A stretch of DNA of 61,807 bases, filler included, from Sphacelaria rigidula (Eukaryota): the NCBI GenBank assembly GCA_964200075.2. It is 11 parts of 11 records of this genome, joined end to end, with 100 filler letters (N's around TTAATTAATTAA, not from the genome) between each part and the next. Parts side by side here need not be neighbours in the genome. Positions count along the whole stretch, not along the records: positions 33,770 to 39,297 come from CAXNAA020026609.1; positions 39,398 to 44,925 come from CAXNAA020026610.1; positions 45,026 to 50,553 come from CAXNAA020026611.1; 8 more parts are not named here. One strand, 5' to 3'. The position numbers were made by a program, and so were the translations under genes. The notes under the pieces were generated by a model. The model was given only the letters and a program-made list of their open reading frames with translations. It ran no database searches and was not told where the DNA came from. Numbering within the stretch: position 1 is the stretch's first letter; each line of letters starts with the position of its first letter. Shown in pieces: positions 37,656 to 49,077 of the stretch.

Positions 37656-38772
37656 TGTGAACCACCGAAACCTTCACAAGCGATTGACGTACTTAGCCCA
37701 CCTGATCAAAACCATTCTCGCACGCAACACTGCATTCCAAGATTGTTGCTCTCTATTCCTCTACTGCTTCTGCTGCTACTGCTGAACTTGCCGTCGCACT
37801 TGGGTCAAATGTTGCCTCTCCTCTGCCTATCCGCTCGGTGACAAGTAGTGGAGGTTTCATGAAAATGGATGATGACAAGAACATCTGAAATCGTTGCTGG
37901 TGCGCAACCTACTTCCGCTCAGACCCGTAGTTGTTGAATGATTCCCGAGGAAAGCTTTCATGGATCGAGGAAGCGAGTCTTGGTGACGGCAGCAAAGTCA
38001 TCCAACTCGTTTAAGCAGTCAAAAACAATCGGACACGAGCTACCTCGAGTAGTATCACTATTTGTCTCAAATGGGGAAGGATCCGATTATTATGTAATTC
38101 CTACGACCAGTACTACTACTACTGCTCCAATTCAGGGAAAATGTGGGCAAGCTGACTCGAGTCATCGGTCGTCACTACTACAACAAGTGACTCTTCTTTC
38201 TTCGTTTTCTTCGATGCGGAGAGGTCTAGTTTGTGTCGCCACGACTAACAATGATTCAGAAATGTTTGGTTGAGCTCGATTCGATTCATCACGACTGCTA
38301 GTAGTCGTGTGCTGTGCTGTGTGTGTGTGTTGCCATCCCGTCTATTCTGGGCGCCAGTCTTCACTTTTTGGTATATGTAGGCGTATCAGCGGGGGTCAGC
38401 GGGGGTCACACAGGAGGAAGTTCAACACAGACACGAGTTTCAATTTTTATATGTTATAGCCCTTCACCTTCTTTCTGCGGTACTGAACTTCCTTCATATA
38501 GCGAAAAGAGTCAAGTGGGCCCTTTCCCTCATCGACCGCGAAGAAGTCGAACTCGGTGCATCCGCGACGAAGGAGGGAACCTTACCCATTGGTCGTAAAC
38601 AATGAGGGGTACTATATTGAGGTGCCGCCAACCCTGACGCTCACCCTAACCCTAATCCCGACCAAGCCGTACCGAGAACCTGCGGGGAAGTGGAGTGCAG
38701 AGTGTTCCTTTCCTTTGCGAGACCTCAAATCGGATTTTGGACAAAAACACGTTCTGACGAAGAGTGATGCTA

Positions 38773-38990
38773 CGGTAGGGGAGAGGTTGGAATCGTTAGC
38801 AGCCCTTGATCTCATCCTAAACACGACTTATGGAAATACGTGAGAGTACGCCAGGATTACTATTCAAATGTGCTGGGGATATCCCGACTAAATTTGCAAA
38901 CGAGGGTGTCCTGGCCCATATTCTTGTGCATCTAGAATCGTTAGGAGCCCTGAACCAGACAAGATTTCGCGCAAAAGTGCACCCCTACCG
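38773..38990. mobile_element. Family C MITE (218 bp) with TA TSD
   Basis: TA|CGGTAGGGG ... CCCCTACCG|TA. Related to 3509-3746; a further terminus lies at about 53762-53776. Confidence 0.8.
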
Positions 38991-39297
38991 TAGCATTGCT
39001 CACGAACTGGGAACCTCGGGACTGTCAGCCCCTGTCAAGATCCGAATATCGGAGTCAAGCTTTAGACAGCAACCCCCCCGCTGGTTGACTGAGATCAGAC
39101 ACTCCACTTTTGGGGTTCAGAATCATTCCTTTGTCACAACTCAAAACGCCTACTCTACGGTGGAAGGGACCGGGAGTGCATAAGAGGCACATAATTGTGA
39201 GAGTCATAACACAGACCGCATATTTTTGCTGTGCAGTCTGTTGTGTATCGTGCCGCAGCTGCACGTGCGGTCTGCAGCGTACTGGATCTTACAGTGT

Positions 39298-39397
39298 NNN
39301 NNNNNNNNNNNNNNNNNNNNNNNNNNNNNNNNNNNNNNNNNTTAATTAATTAANNNNNNNNNNNNNNNNNNNNNNNNNNNNNNNNNNNNNNNNNNNN
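39298..39397. other. Artificial contig linker
   Basis: N44-TTAATTAATTAA-N44. Confidence 0.98.
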
Positions 39398-40134
39398 CTA
39401 TTCTCCTTTTAATTTTAATTTTTTTTTTCCATTTTTTCCCCCCTTTTCCCCCCCCCCCCCCTTTTTTTTTGTTATCATTATTCTCGCCGTCGAGTTGGCA
39501 CATGGCGTCTTCATGTTGACGCCTCGACGGTCACCATCATTGAAACAAGGTTGATATTCCATCAAGCGTTTTGGTATTGGCAATGGAAAAAAATTGTGTG
39601 GATTTTGGGGTGCTGTTTTTTGAAGGACATGTGGTCAAGTATCTACCATTATCACGCCAAACGATCTTTCCGACCCATGTTTTTCAGACCCGTATAGAGA
39701 TGTGTCCCCAGTGCTGCACGGGACTTCGTACATGAAAAATAGACAGGTGATGCCGATCGTTGTTTGTGTAGACTTGGCAGGCACGCGAGTGCCAGTCTTG
39801 GCTGTGTGCACAAACTTGAACAAACTTGACCCGTTGCGTCCCTTACCGGACAAGAAGAATCTTACTGCACCAGGGTGACAATTTTGGTCCGCGAATGGTG
39901 TATACTGTTGGATTCTTACCTGTGGCCTTCCGCCGTGAAAATGGTTGCCGTCGATCTTTTCTGTCCTCCCTTCTTTTCTTCCTTGTCAGGGCTTGAAATA
40001 ATGAGGTGTCCGGCCTGGGGACGGAAGGGAAGGGTCCCCATAGTCTTGAAGGGTGTGTGCATATTGTAGGACATGTACTCGTACAGCATGCGCACCCAGA
40101 TGCACGACCATCCTTCCAGCGTAGAGGAATGGGG

Positions 40135-40200
40135 GCGTACTCATTTGTTGCTTGCCTTGGTCGTTTGACCATTGACCACGCATCCCTTTCGGGACGGAGC
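40135..40200 (-). mobile_element. 66-bp 5'-truncated LINE 3' end with 14-bp TSD
   Basis: Minus strand: GCTCCGTCCCGAAAGGGATGCGTGGTCAATGGTCAAACGACCAAGGCAAGCAACAAATGAGTACGC. Flanks GTAGAGGAATGGGG (40121-40134) and GTAGAGGGATGGGG (40201-40214). Confidence 0.88.
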
Positions 40201-40782
40201 GTAGAGGGATGGGGCAGATACAAGATCAATGGCGGGTATAACGCCCCATATCTCCGTATTGTGCAGGAGGAGCTTGATGAAGTTACAGTGGCGACCGCTG
40301 GGATCACTCCTCCCCCCGTCCCCTCTCCCAACTCCGTGGAACATAACCCTAATGTAACACGGGCGCAGACTGGTACCTACCGCAATATGTGCATGAGGGT
40401 GTGTGTGTATTTTTTTTCTTGGCTTTCTCGCATTCAACGACTCGCCTCTTGTGGGTGAGTATTCATGTTTCCAACGAAAGCAAAAAAAGTCACCGAAGAT
40501 CGTATGTACTGCATAGTCTGAAGATGGTTTTCACACCCCCAGAGAAGAGATGACAATGTCAAGAAAAGTTGTACTGCGTACAGTATGGAATATGTTGCCT
40601 ATTAGCAATAGACGCGGCAGTTGATACTGTGCGCAGTACACTTTTTGACAGCGTAATATATCGTCATTATCCAGGGTGTGATGGTTTTGCAAACGCGCGC
40701 GCACGTGTTTTCAATCATTCCGTTTCGTTGGTGTTGTCGGTGGTGGTGGTGTGTGTGTGTGTGTGTTTGTTGGGACATGCAG

Positions 40783-40926
40783 GAGTTCATAAAGCGGAAT
40801 GGGCAGTTTACCGTGAACGTGGGGCTGTGCGAGGGGGGCGTGCCGATTCTGGGGGTGGTGGGTGTCCCTGCCGCAGAGGAGCCCCGAACGTACCTGGCAG
40901 TGAAGGGAAAGGGTGCGTTCGTCGAG
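40783..40926 (+). CDS. cysQ: CysQ-type 3'(2'),5'-bisphosphate nucleotidase (inositol monophosphatase superfamily), internal exon 1 of 4
   Basis: CAG|EFIKRNGQFTVNVGLCEGGVPILGVVGVPAAEEPRTYLAVKGKGAFVE|GTAAGT; matches CysQ EFIKRNGEFTVNIALI..G.PILGVV. Confidence 0.92.
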
Positions 40927-42174
40927 GTAAGTCCGTTGATGGAATAGTTGCATCATCGTTGGTACATGGTGAATTAATCCGCCACGACTCTTCTTGCCGT
41001 GGTGAAAAAAAATGTTTTCGAGGTGAAGCAAACGACGGAAACGAAAACACTTACCCAAAGGAGAAAGAAAATGAGGCAGGGTAAAATGGAGAGGAGAAAG
41101 GGGCGTAAGACACACCAGAAGGGGAAAAGTTAGGGAAAGGGTGAAGTACAGCGACATATTACAAGGTCAATGTCCATCTAGCTTCCTTTTAGGGCGTGAA
41201 ACCACGTGGGAGCTCCAAAAAGGCGCTTTTTCACATTTTTATTTTTGTCTGCTATGAGGAGCGGCCGGAGGGTAAAAACGTCCGTGCACCATAGTAACCC
41301 CATTTTCACTCAACAATGCCCAGACCCAGACCCCTTGAAGGGCCCATCACACTTTGTGTATCGCCCCCCTCCCCCCTGTCCCTGTCCCTCTGATCCCCCA
41401 GTCGTTACCCTTCCACTGCGCGTAGGTCATTCCCCAGTGACCACGTGTTGTCTGTACCAACATTTCCGTGGCTCGACTGTCGTTGTTAACCCCGTCTTGA
41501 AGTAATTTTCTGAAGGTGAAGATGATGCTGATTCAACAGATGAACGCCCCCGGGCGGCTCAACGCGTAAATAATATATACATATGTTTCACGACACGTGA
41601 AATCGCGGGATAGTCGTTGAGATCGGACGGGCCATCCCGTCTTGTCTCTTCCCATCGAATTCTCAGGGTCACACCTCCCGTCCGTTGTCGTCCCGTGGAA
41701 ACCCGTGAATTATACGGTTTTGTTTTGCGATTTCATTGGTATGGTCCTCCGTCATTTGTTTTTTGCTTGAACAGCAGTAAAAGATCCCGCTGCCGTCGCC
41801 GGCGAAGGGACAAGAGTAGGATTGACTGGGTCTTGGCTGGCCGTCTCGGGCGCGAACAGAGACGGGTCCTCCATCTAGTAAAGCGAGTCATTTTCCAGAG
41901 AAAAAAAGAGGGAGAGGAGGCAAGAGGAGAAAATGACGGGATTTTTTTTTACCTATTCGAGATATATGGACATAGCGATGCCCAAGGCGCTCTCCCTCTC
42001 ATTACATACTTGGAAGTTGCATAGGGTTCTTGAACTGACGAACCGCTTACTGTTCCTGTAGCTCTGACCGTAGCTACGCACCCTACCTTTCCGCGTGCGT
42101 GTGTTCGCCGGCACGACGTGGGTGTGTCTCGTCATGGCGTACGCTTATTTGCAAACCTCGACGGCGAAACGCAG

Positions 42175-42214
42175 ACGGACAAGGAGAAGGTCCGTACTCC
42201 GATCAAGTGCAAAG
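42175..42214 (+). CDS. cysQ: CysQ-type nucleotidase, 40-bp internal exon 2 of 4
   Basis: CAG|TDKEKVRTPIKCK+G|GTGAGT. Phases 0 to 1 link exons 1 and 3 exactly. Confidence 0.8.
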
Positions 42215-42671
42215 GTGAGTCATGCAGCAGAAAATAACTAGGAAAACTTTTACGTAGCGCCCCCTCTCCCCTTCCAAGGTTTGGCGTCGGTTGGCAACGG
42301 CGCTGTAAAACACGCCACTCATTACTTCAGCCAGACAATTAGGTCACCGTTTTTTTCTACTTGCGGGAACCGAGATGGTGGTGAAGTTGGGTCATATTGT
42401 GCGAAGGGGATGATGGTACTACGCAGTGGAACCATGGCGGGTGAATGGTGAGACATTCATGCACCAGAGTGGAACCCGTGGTTGTCTCTGCAAGTGGCGG
42501 TACCAGAAAATTAAGGAACTCAGTGTAGGATGTCATCCGCATGCGAGATAACTAGTTGACTTCGGACTGAACAATCTTAGCAGGATGCAGCTCACCCTTC
42601 ATTCGACTCGCCGCACACATCACGGCGCTTCGCGCTTGGTGATCGAGTGCGAGCCTGGTCCGGCGAAAACC

Positions 42672-42722
42672 CGGCGTGCTCCGTCCCGGCTTTGCAGGGA
42701 TACGAGGTCAATGGTCTGATGA
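42672..42722 (+). mobile_element. LINE 3' fragment, variant subfamily
   Basis: GGCGTGCTCCGTCCCGGCTTTGCAGGGATACGAGGTCAATGGTCTGATGA matches 56130-56180(-). Confidence 0.65.
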
Positions 42723-43154
42723 TACTGAAATTTAAAAAAAAAAAAAAAGAGGAGAAAAAACGGCAGATTTGCGGCTAGTGTTTGTATCTGTATGACATGT
42801 CATTAATATCCCATCGTTTTTTTTTCGGGAATGTTTTTCGAGCTGTTGGTTGTTATCCAGTGTAATCGGGAAATCCTTTACTACACACGCACGCGCATGC
42901 ATGCATGCATGCACACGTTTGTTATTTTTTCAACATGAGATAATAAAATGAAAAATATGCAGTGTGTGACGGAGAGGCGGTACTACGATAGGATCTGAAA
43001 AACGTATATCCTCGCCACGCCGACTGAACGTGGCAGTTTCGAGAAGATTTTTTCAAAAGGGCCCGCTCGCACACAAAAGCCCATTGTCCATGTAACTTCT
43101 TTTGTTCCCCCTCTCCATTCGATTTGTGGTCTCACCTTCCCCCCCGTGCCCCAC

Positions 43155-43273
43155 CGCCGAAATGTTGAAGATGTCTGCACCAGGAATAGAAACGGTGCTT
43201 CGTCTCGAAAGGGATGCGTGTTCAATGGTCAAAGGACTAAGGCAAGCAAAAAATGAGTACATCTTCCCCCCCC
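43155..43273 (+). mobile_element. 5'-truncated LINE 3' end in a cysQ intron, flanked by C-rich near-duplicates
   Basis: AATGTTGAAGATGTC...CGTCTCGAAAGGGATGCGTGTTCAATGGTCAAAGGACTAAGGCAAGCAAAAAATGAGTAC. Flanks CTTCCCCCCCGTGCCCCACC / CTTCCCCCCCCTCCCCTCC. Confidence 0.85.
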
Positions 43274-43315
43274 TCCCCTCCCCTCCTCCTGATGCAATCG
43301 TTCGTCACATTCCAG

Positions 43316-43397
43316 AGTTCAGCGAAGAGGACGAGGGGCTGTGCATAGTGGCTTCCCTGTCTCACAGCTCGCCCGAAACGGAAGCATTTATTAACAA
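43316..43397 (+). CDS. cysQ: CysQ-type nucleotidase, internal exon 3 of 4
   Basis: CAG|(E)FSEEDEGLCIVASLSHSSPETEAFIN(K)|GTGAGG; corresponds to the CysQ V.SRSH segment; phases 1 to 2. Confidence 0.88.
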
Positions 43398-43448
43398 GTG
43401 AGGAAAAGCAGCGCAATCGCCTCCCCTCTTGGTAACGCACTTGTGTTA

Positions 43449-43483
<35 letters not shown>

Positions 43484-44512
43484 TATCGTTTGATTCTTGC
43501 GTAATTTTTTTACTAGATACATGAGCCGCAATAAATTGAAGGTATTTTTGCACGGGGTCATCCCATCCATGTGCCACTTGGAAAAATTAGTTTGTCGTGT
43601 GTGATTGTGATTGTGATTGTGATTGTCGTACTTTTAGCGACCCCCCCCAGAGATCCAGCTGTTGTCAAATGACACACGTACCTGGGATGAAAACAAAATG
43701 GAGATACGCGATGAAGAGAAGTGAACAGCACAGATTGGTGGAACAGACCGAGAAAAAGAGAGATGTCATATAAAAAGGGTGTGTATTTGTGTTTTTTTCC
43801 TTGGGGGAGGGGGTGGCGTCCACATTCAGCGATGGATTCGGGAAAAAAAAAAGTTTTTTTTTTTCTGCTGTGTCACCACGACAAGTCATAATAAGACGTA
43901 ATCGTTCTGTACATAGTACACCCATCCATTATATTCATTCATGAGGCCCCTTGTTTCGGGCAGCGATCCATCAACAGCAAAAACCACTCCTAACTACAGT
44001 ACCGTGGCATGGTTCAATCACTTGCGACGGTTAAGCGATACGAGTATACGCTATTATACCACAAGCAAACGGTTGTATGCAGCCTGCGGCACCGGATCTT
44101 ATAGGGTCAGTATCACTTCAGCTTATAATATCACGCCCGCGTTGATTTTCTCTGGGTCTTTTTTTTTATACTAACTTTTTTTTTTTTCTCGCCTTGTTTT
44201 AGGTAGTTGGCCTGTGACCACCAGGGAAACGCGTCCGCACCAGATGCCCCGTACTACAGGAAGAAGTACTGTCTGTACTGCGCAGATATCGAAGCCTGTA
44301 TATAACAGGGTAAAGACGACAACAAACGAACATGAATACGAACGATTATGTGGTCCAGAAGTCTCTCTTTTTTTCTGCTTGTTGATTGTGAGGGCGTACG
44401 AGAGTGTTGGAGACCGCCAGGGAAAGCACATTCCCGATTTTCCTTCTGATTTTTTTTTCTTCTTTTCCTGTGCCCGTACACTGTACACGTCTTCAATGCG
44501 TTGTCGCTGCAG

Positions 44513-44589
44513 GTACAAGAACCCAGCCACCACATCAATGGGGTCGAGCCTAAAGCTTCTTCTGGTCGCGGAGGGAAAAGCGCACATCT
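44513..44589 (+). CDS. cysQ: CysQ-type nucleotidase, internal exon 4 of 4
   Basis: CAG|(K)YKNPATTSMGSSLKLLLVAEGKAHI+T|GTGAGT; matches CysQ TTSIGSSLKFCLVAEG.A..Y. Confidence 0.92.
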
Positions 44590-44925
44590 GTGAGTGGCGA
44601 GGGATGGATATCCCCGAACTCCTGCACTCGGAAAGAAAGAACGTTCGAGTGAAAAATTTCCCCAATACAAATATACAAACTACCTTGGTTCTTCTCGACT
44701 CGAAATTTCGGCACAAAACTCCCGCAATCGAACAGGGCAAAAAAGTTCTATTGCAAAGTGGAACTCTTGGATGGTCCAGCTTGTAGTAGGGCAATGATTC
44801 GGGCTAATAACGTGCGTAAAGGTTGTTGTAGAACGTGTTCAAAGTGAGAAAAGTCGGGGGGGGGGGGGGGGGTGCTTTTGTGTATTATTGTATTTTGTTT
44901 TAACTGTTCTGTTACTGTAAATTAA

Positions 44926-45025
44926 NNNNNNNNNNNNNNNNNNNNNNNNNNNNNNNNNNNNNNNNNNNNTTAATTAATTAANNNNNNNNNNNNNNNNNNN
45001 NNNNNNNNNNNNNNNNNNNNNNNNN
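44926..45025. other. Artificial contig linker
   Basis: N44-TTAATTAATTAA-N44. Confidence 0.98.
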
Positions 45026-45164
45026 GAGGTCACGTACATGCAGATGCACGTCCGTGGCAGTGGATCCAGGTGCAGAGGGTATGACTATTGACTACTGCCT
45101 GCACTACGCGGTACTACACGTGAAGGCTTCACTTTATTGACTGTGGGTGTTTCAGAAAAAAAAA

Positions 45165-45654
45165 GTCAGGCCGGATGTTATGGCACACAGATTTTTGGCC
45201 CACGAGTTGTTCACTTTTGGGACGTTTGACACACCTTTTCACTCCCAAACAGGGAAAATCGCCAGCACACGTCTCGGACACGTTGCATCACCCCACAGAG
45301 AGGAGCCCAGTCTGCTTCTCAGATTCGCTGGGCTCCGAGGTTTCGAGGTTGACCGCTGCACAAAACTTCGTGCCCAAAAGTCTGTGCTTGCCGATCCACA
45401 GATTATTGGGCAAACTGGCGGGGATCGGCAAGCACAGATTTTTTCCCACGAATTTTTTATCAGCGGTCAATCTCGAAACCTCGGAGCCAAGCGAACCTGA
45501 AAAGCAGACTAGGCTCCTCTCTGTGGGGTGATGTAAAGTGTCCGAGACGTGTGTTGGCGGTTTCCCCTGTTTGGGGATCAAAAAATGGGTCAAACGTCCC
45601 AAAAGTGAGCAACCCGTGGGCCAAAACTCTGTTTGCCATAACATCCGGCCTCAC
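45165..45654. repeat. 490-bp imperfect palindrome (two 233-bp arms, 24-nt loop); foldback element
   Basis: 45165-45397 is the imperfect reverse complement of 45422-45654. Mirror-image ORFs 45175(+) and 45644(-). Relative at 19750-20170. Confidence 0.93.
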
Positions 45655-45785
45655 CTGACAAAAACCTGTATGAAACCTCCGATCGAAACATTCAGCGGGT
45701 GAGGATGATTTTTGGTGTGTACATTTCATGAGGCACGGAGATACGATAGATACCCTCACGTTTACCTTATTCGTAATCGCCTCAG

Positions 45786-45935
45786 GGATGGAGTGTTCCG
45801 CGAGACGCGCGAGGGCAGAGGCCAGCCGGCTTCAGCCAAGGGCATGGTGGCGGGTGAAGCCTGCTGTTGTTCGTGAAGGGGGTGGGAAGAAGAGTGGCGA
45901 AGAGAGTACTGGCGGAAGAGGGGCGCACGCCACTC
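45786..45935 (+). CDS. Candidate exon of an unknown gene (with 45026-45069 and 46554-46613, all phase 1)
   Basis: CAG acceptor and C|GTGAGT donor. Spliced frame stays open: ...CTSVAVDP|GMECSARRARAEASRLQPRAWWRVKP...AHAT|LVPSRWKITAIECECRGVHG. No family recognised. Confidence 0.35.
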
Positions 45936-46553
45936 GTGAGTCGAAGCCATCACCAGCGCAAGTCGGTACTACGATGCGCACAAAAATCTGAGGTTGCGCT
46001 ATCGAGTACTGGTCACAGGCATACGGGCATATGTACAGCATCGATCGAAACTCCCTTGATGATTTTCACAGGCGTAGGGGCATATACACGCCAAAACACT
46101 CTTCACGGATGGACAACGCAAGTTCGGGTTCAAATCTGTACTTTCGCTGTGTTCACTTCGCGGCGCAAATGTGGTTTCAACACTGTCCCACGTATATGGA
46201 TTATATTTGGGCAGGTTGCATCACCAACGTTCCTCGGCAATGTTCCTCATGATGAGGATTGAAGGCAACAGTATGCACGAGACAGTTGCAACAACAGCTT
46301 GTCTCATCCGTGTTGTTGTGTATGTCACGGCCCGTATCTCGCCGCGACCTTCCCGTTTGCAAACACAAACAGCGCGTACCGGCGAACTCGGGTACACCCG
46401 CTCGTTCCGTGGCGCACCTGCACATCGCCCCTGAAAAGTAGAGCTTGAACATACCCTAAGTGCAGGTGCTTCCGCGAGACGAAAAAAAACATGATAACCG
46501 CACATCACCCACCCCCCGCCTCTCCAACAACCCACCTGTATCACACCTCACAG

Positions 46554-46613
46554 TCGTTCCCTCAAGGTGGAAGATCACAGCAATCGAATGCGAGTGCAGA
46601 GGAGTTCACGGAG
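46554..46613 (+). CDS. Candidate 60-bp exon of an unknown gene
   Basis: C-rich tract plus CAG acceptor; GAG|GTGAGT donor; length divisible by 3. Confidence 0.45.
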
Positions 46614-47399
46614 GTGAGTAGGAACCAGCCTTGCTCCGGTTGCTGGATGCACACTCGCTGGAGCGGGCTTGCACAGTCTTGAGCTCTGATTTGAACTTCT
46701 TGTAATTGTCTCCCGAGTCAGCCTCCTTCAGACTTGCGGTATTTCGCTCGAGACGACAAACGTCGATTGTAAAAACAACCGACTTCGCCCCTCTTGACCG
46801 GTACAGTAGGATCTGCCTGTACTGTATCGAGTCGCTGGTGAGGCCGCTCCGTTCAACAGACAAAAATAAAACCCCGAAAAAGTTGCTCACCTCCCATAGA
46901 TAGGGGTAACTCAAAGTGAAATAAAGTATTTTCGCGGCAATCGGGATTATGGCCGAGCATTTTAAACCGCCACTGGGCAAAAATCGAGGACCCATCTGAA
47001 ATCGGGGCAAGGACTATCGAATGGCGCATGCGCTGTATGACTGTGCTGTACCACAGATACACTCATGGTCTGCCTTGCGCGTTGTAGGTGTCGCTACGCT
47101 GTGGCGTCTTCAGGCCTTTGTGGAGACGGTTTGATCTCCGGTGGGAGTGCCTGATTTGCTCAAACTATTGTTGACACGCAGTGCTCTTTACACACAGTTA
47201 AAACTTTCATGGGGTGTTGGCTGTTTCCTCTCGAGTCAAAGGAATGAGGCACTCCCCAAATCCATCACCTTCCCCCTCAGATGGCGTTCGTGAAATACCT
47301 CTGGAGGGATTCGAAAAGTCCGGTGGGCTTTGCGGGGTTCGTTAAATATCTGTCTCTGCTCCTTGCACCCTCTATCCCCATGACTTCAGGCATGGGGAA

Positions 47400-48099
47400 A
47401 ATTCGAGAGAGCTTTTTACCTTCATTTTTGCATCTTTTTTCGTGTTTTAGTGGAGTTTTGGGGATAAACGAACGTTGAACTTAAGCCTTATCTCGATGTT
47501 TCGGCTCAATTTTACAATTATGATTTGATACTTGGCACCGAGGACCACAAAGTGTTGCGAATAAAAGAACAAGTGGGCCTTTATTTTCCAAGTTTTTTTC
47601 GTGGAGGTTAGGTTGTTCATGTGAAGAAATGGTCTGGACCATACTAGAACGCCCTAAACCTATGAAAGAAATATACAAAAAACTGACCTGCTTCGTTCTG
47701 TTGATTTTGCATTGGAGAGCACCCACGCAACATTTCAATAAACGAAAACCAAACGTCAGCCGGTGAGTGGCCTTCGGAATACTGTTCCGAATTTCGACCG
47801 ATCCTGTTTTTTGAAGGCCCATGCTCCCGCCAATATTTAGAGTTGGACCCTGAAATTTGGTATGCACAACGAACGAATGGGACATGAAAAAAAATACCTC
47901 GGTGTCAAAATAGTTTTTTCAACAGTCCAGGGCAATAATCATTTTTTAGCTATCAGTGAAAATGCCTTCAACTCCTGAAGAAAAAAAAACTTTTGGTACC
48001 GAGGTCATTAATTTCATGCCCTTTTCATTGTCAATTCCGAATATTGGCGGGATCATGGGCCTGCAAAGTTCAAATCCGCCTCTAGGCTGGCCGAGCTCG
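47400..48099 (+). mobile_element. Family A TIR element, partial copy
   Basis: Ends TCAAATCCGCCTCTAGGCTGGCCGAGCTCG|TA; collinear with 48500-49077 and 6470-7170. Confidence 0.8.
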
Positions 48100-48222
48100 T
48101 AAGAAGCGGCCTGAGTGGCGTGCTAGAGTAGGTCGGAGGATATCGTGAGACGGTCGACCGTAAACGTTGCGGGATATATGACAGACTAAATCCCGAGCCC
48201 AACCGCCGACACTGCTGCTGTA

Positions 48223-49077
48223 CGAGCTGGGCCAGCCTAAAAATGGATTTGAGTTCTCAATGTAATATCTCATCGACACAGACGAGTTGGGCCGTGATCC
48301 GCATATCGTATCAGTCGTCTAGTCAAGGGCAAGGTGCCCGTCTGCTCAAACGTTTGGGTCCAAATTTTCTCGTTGGTTAAACCCCATGCCTAGTAATTCC
48401 TGTACGTTAGGGGGATAGCGCCAATACTAGAATCTCTATGAAACCCGATCGATGTATTTAGCGGATGGCGACGAATTTTGGTGTGGAGGACACAAGAAAA
48501 GTGCCGAATAAAGAACGAAATGGGCCTTCATTCTTTTTTTTCGCAGAGGTTGAGGCGTTCTTGTGAAGAAATGGTCTTTACCATAGTGGAACGCCCTAGA
48601 CCAGTGATCAAAACTGAAAAAAAAGCAACCTGACCCACTTTGTTCTCTTAATTATGCGCTTGGTGAGCGCCCAACCAAAATTTTGATACACGAAAATCGA
48701 ACAGAGGCCAGTGAGTGGCGTGCGAAATAATTTTCCGAATTTCCACCGACCCGGCTTTTTGAAGGCCCATGCTCCCGCCAATGTTGTAGGGTTGGACCTT
48801 GAAATTTGGTATGGACAATGCATAGGGCACGAAAAAAATTTACATCGTCACCAATTTTTACTTTTTATTTGATGAGGTAAGGGCAAAAATCAGTTTTCAG
48901 GTGTCAGTAAAATGCCCTCAACTCATGAAAACAAATAATAAAAACTTTTGGTGCCGATGTAATACTTTTTTTCACGCCCTTTTCATTGTTCATACCAAAT
49001 TTCAGGGTCCAACTCCAAGTATTGGCGGGAGCATGGGCCTGCGAATTTCAAATCCGCCTCTAGGCTGGCCCAGCTCG
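48223..49077 (+). mobile_element. Complete 855-bp family A non-autonomous DNA transposon with TA TSD
   Basis: TA|CGAGCTGGGCCAGCCTAAAAATGGATTTGA ... TCAAATCCGCCTCTAGGCTGGCCCAGCTCG|TA. TIR is perfect over 17 bp and imperfect over about 30 bp. No transposase. Confidence 0.9.

Noticed and set aside
38631..38660. Telomeric CCCTAA repeats
   Set aside because: Only two exact units and interstitial; insufficient.
42716..42730. Hammerhead ribozyme core CTGATGA...GAAA
   Set aside because: No stem II or III can be formed, and the sister copy at 56096-56180 lacks the GAAA.
30875..44589. Polysaccharide/sulfur gene cluster (GH114 plus cysQ)
   Set aside because: The genes lie on different contigs separated by artificial linkers.
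45175..45644. Two similar 118-aa ORFs on opposite strands
   Set aside because: A direct consequence of the DNA palindrome; no protein features.
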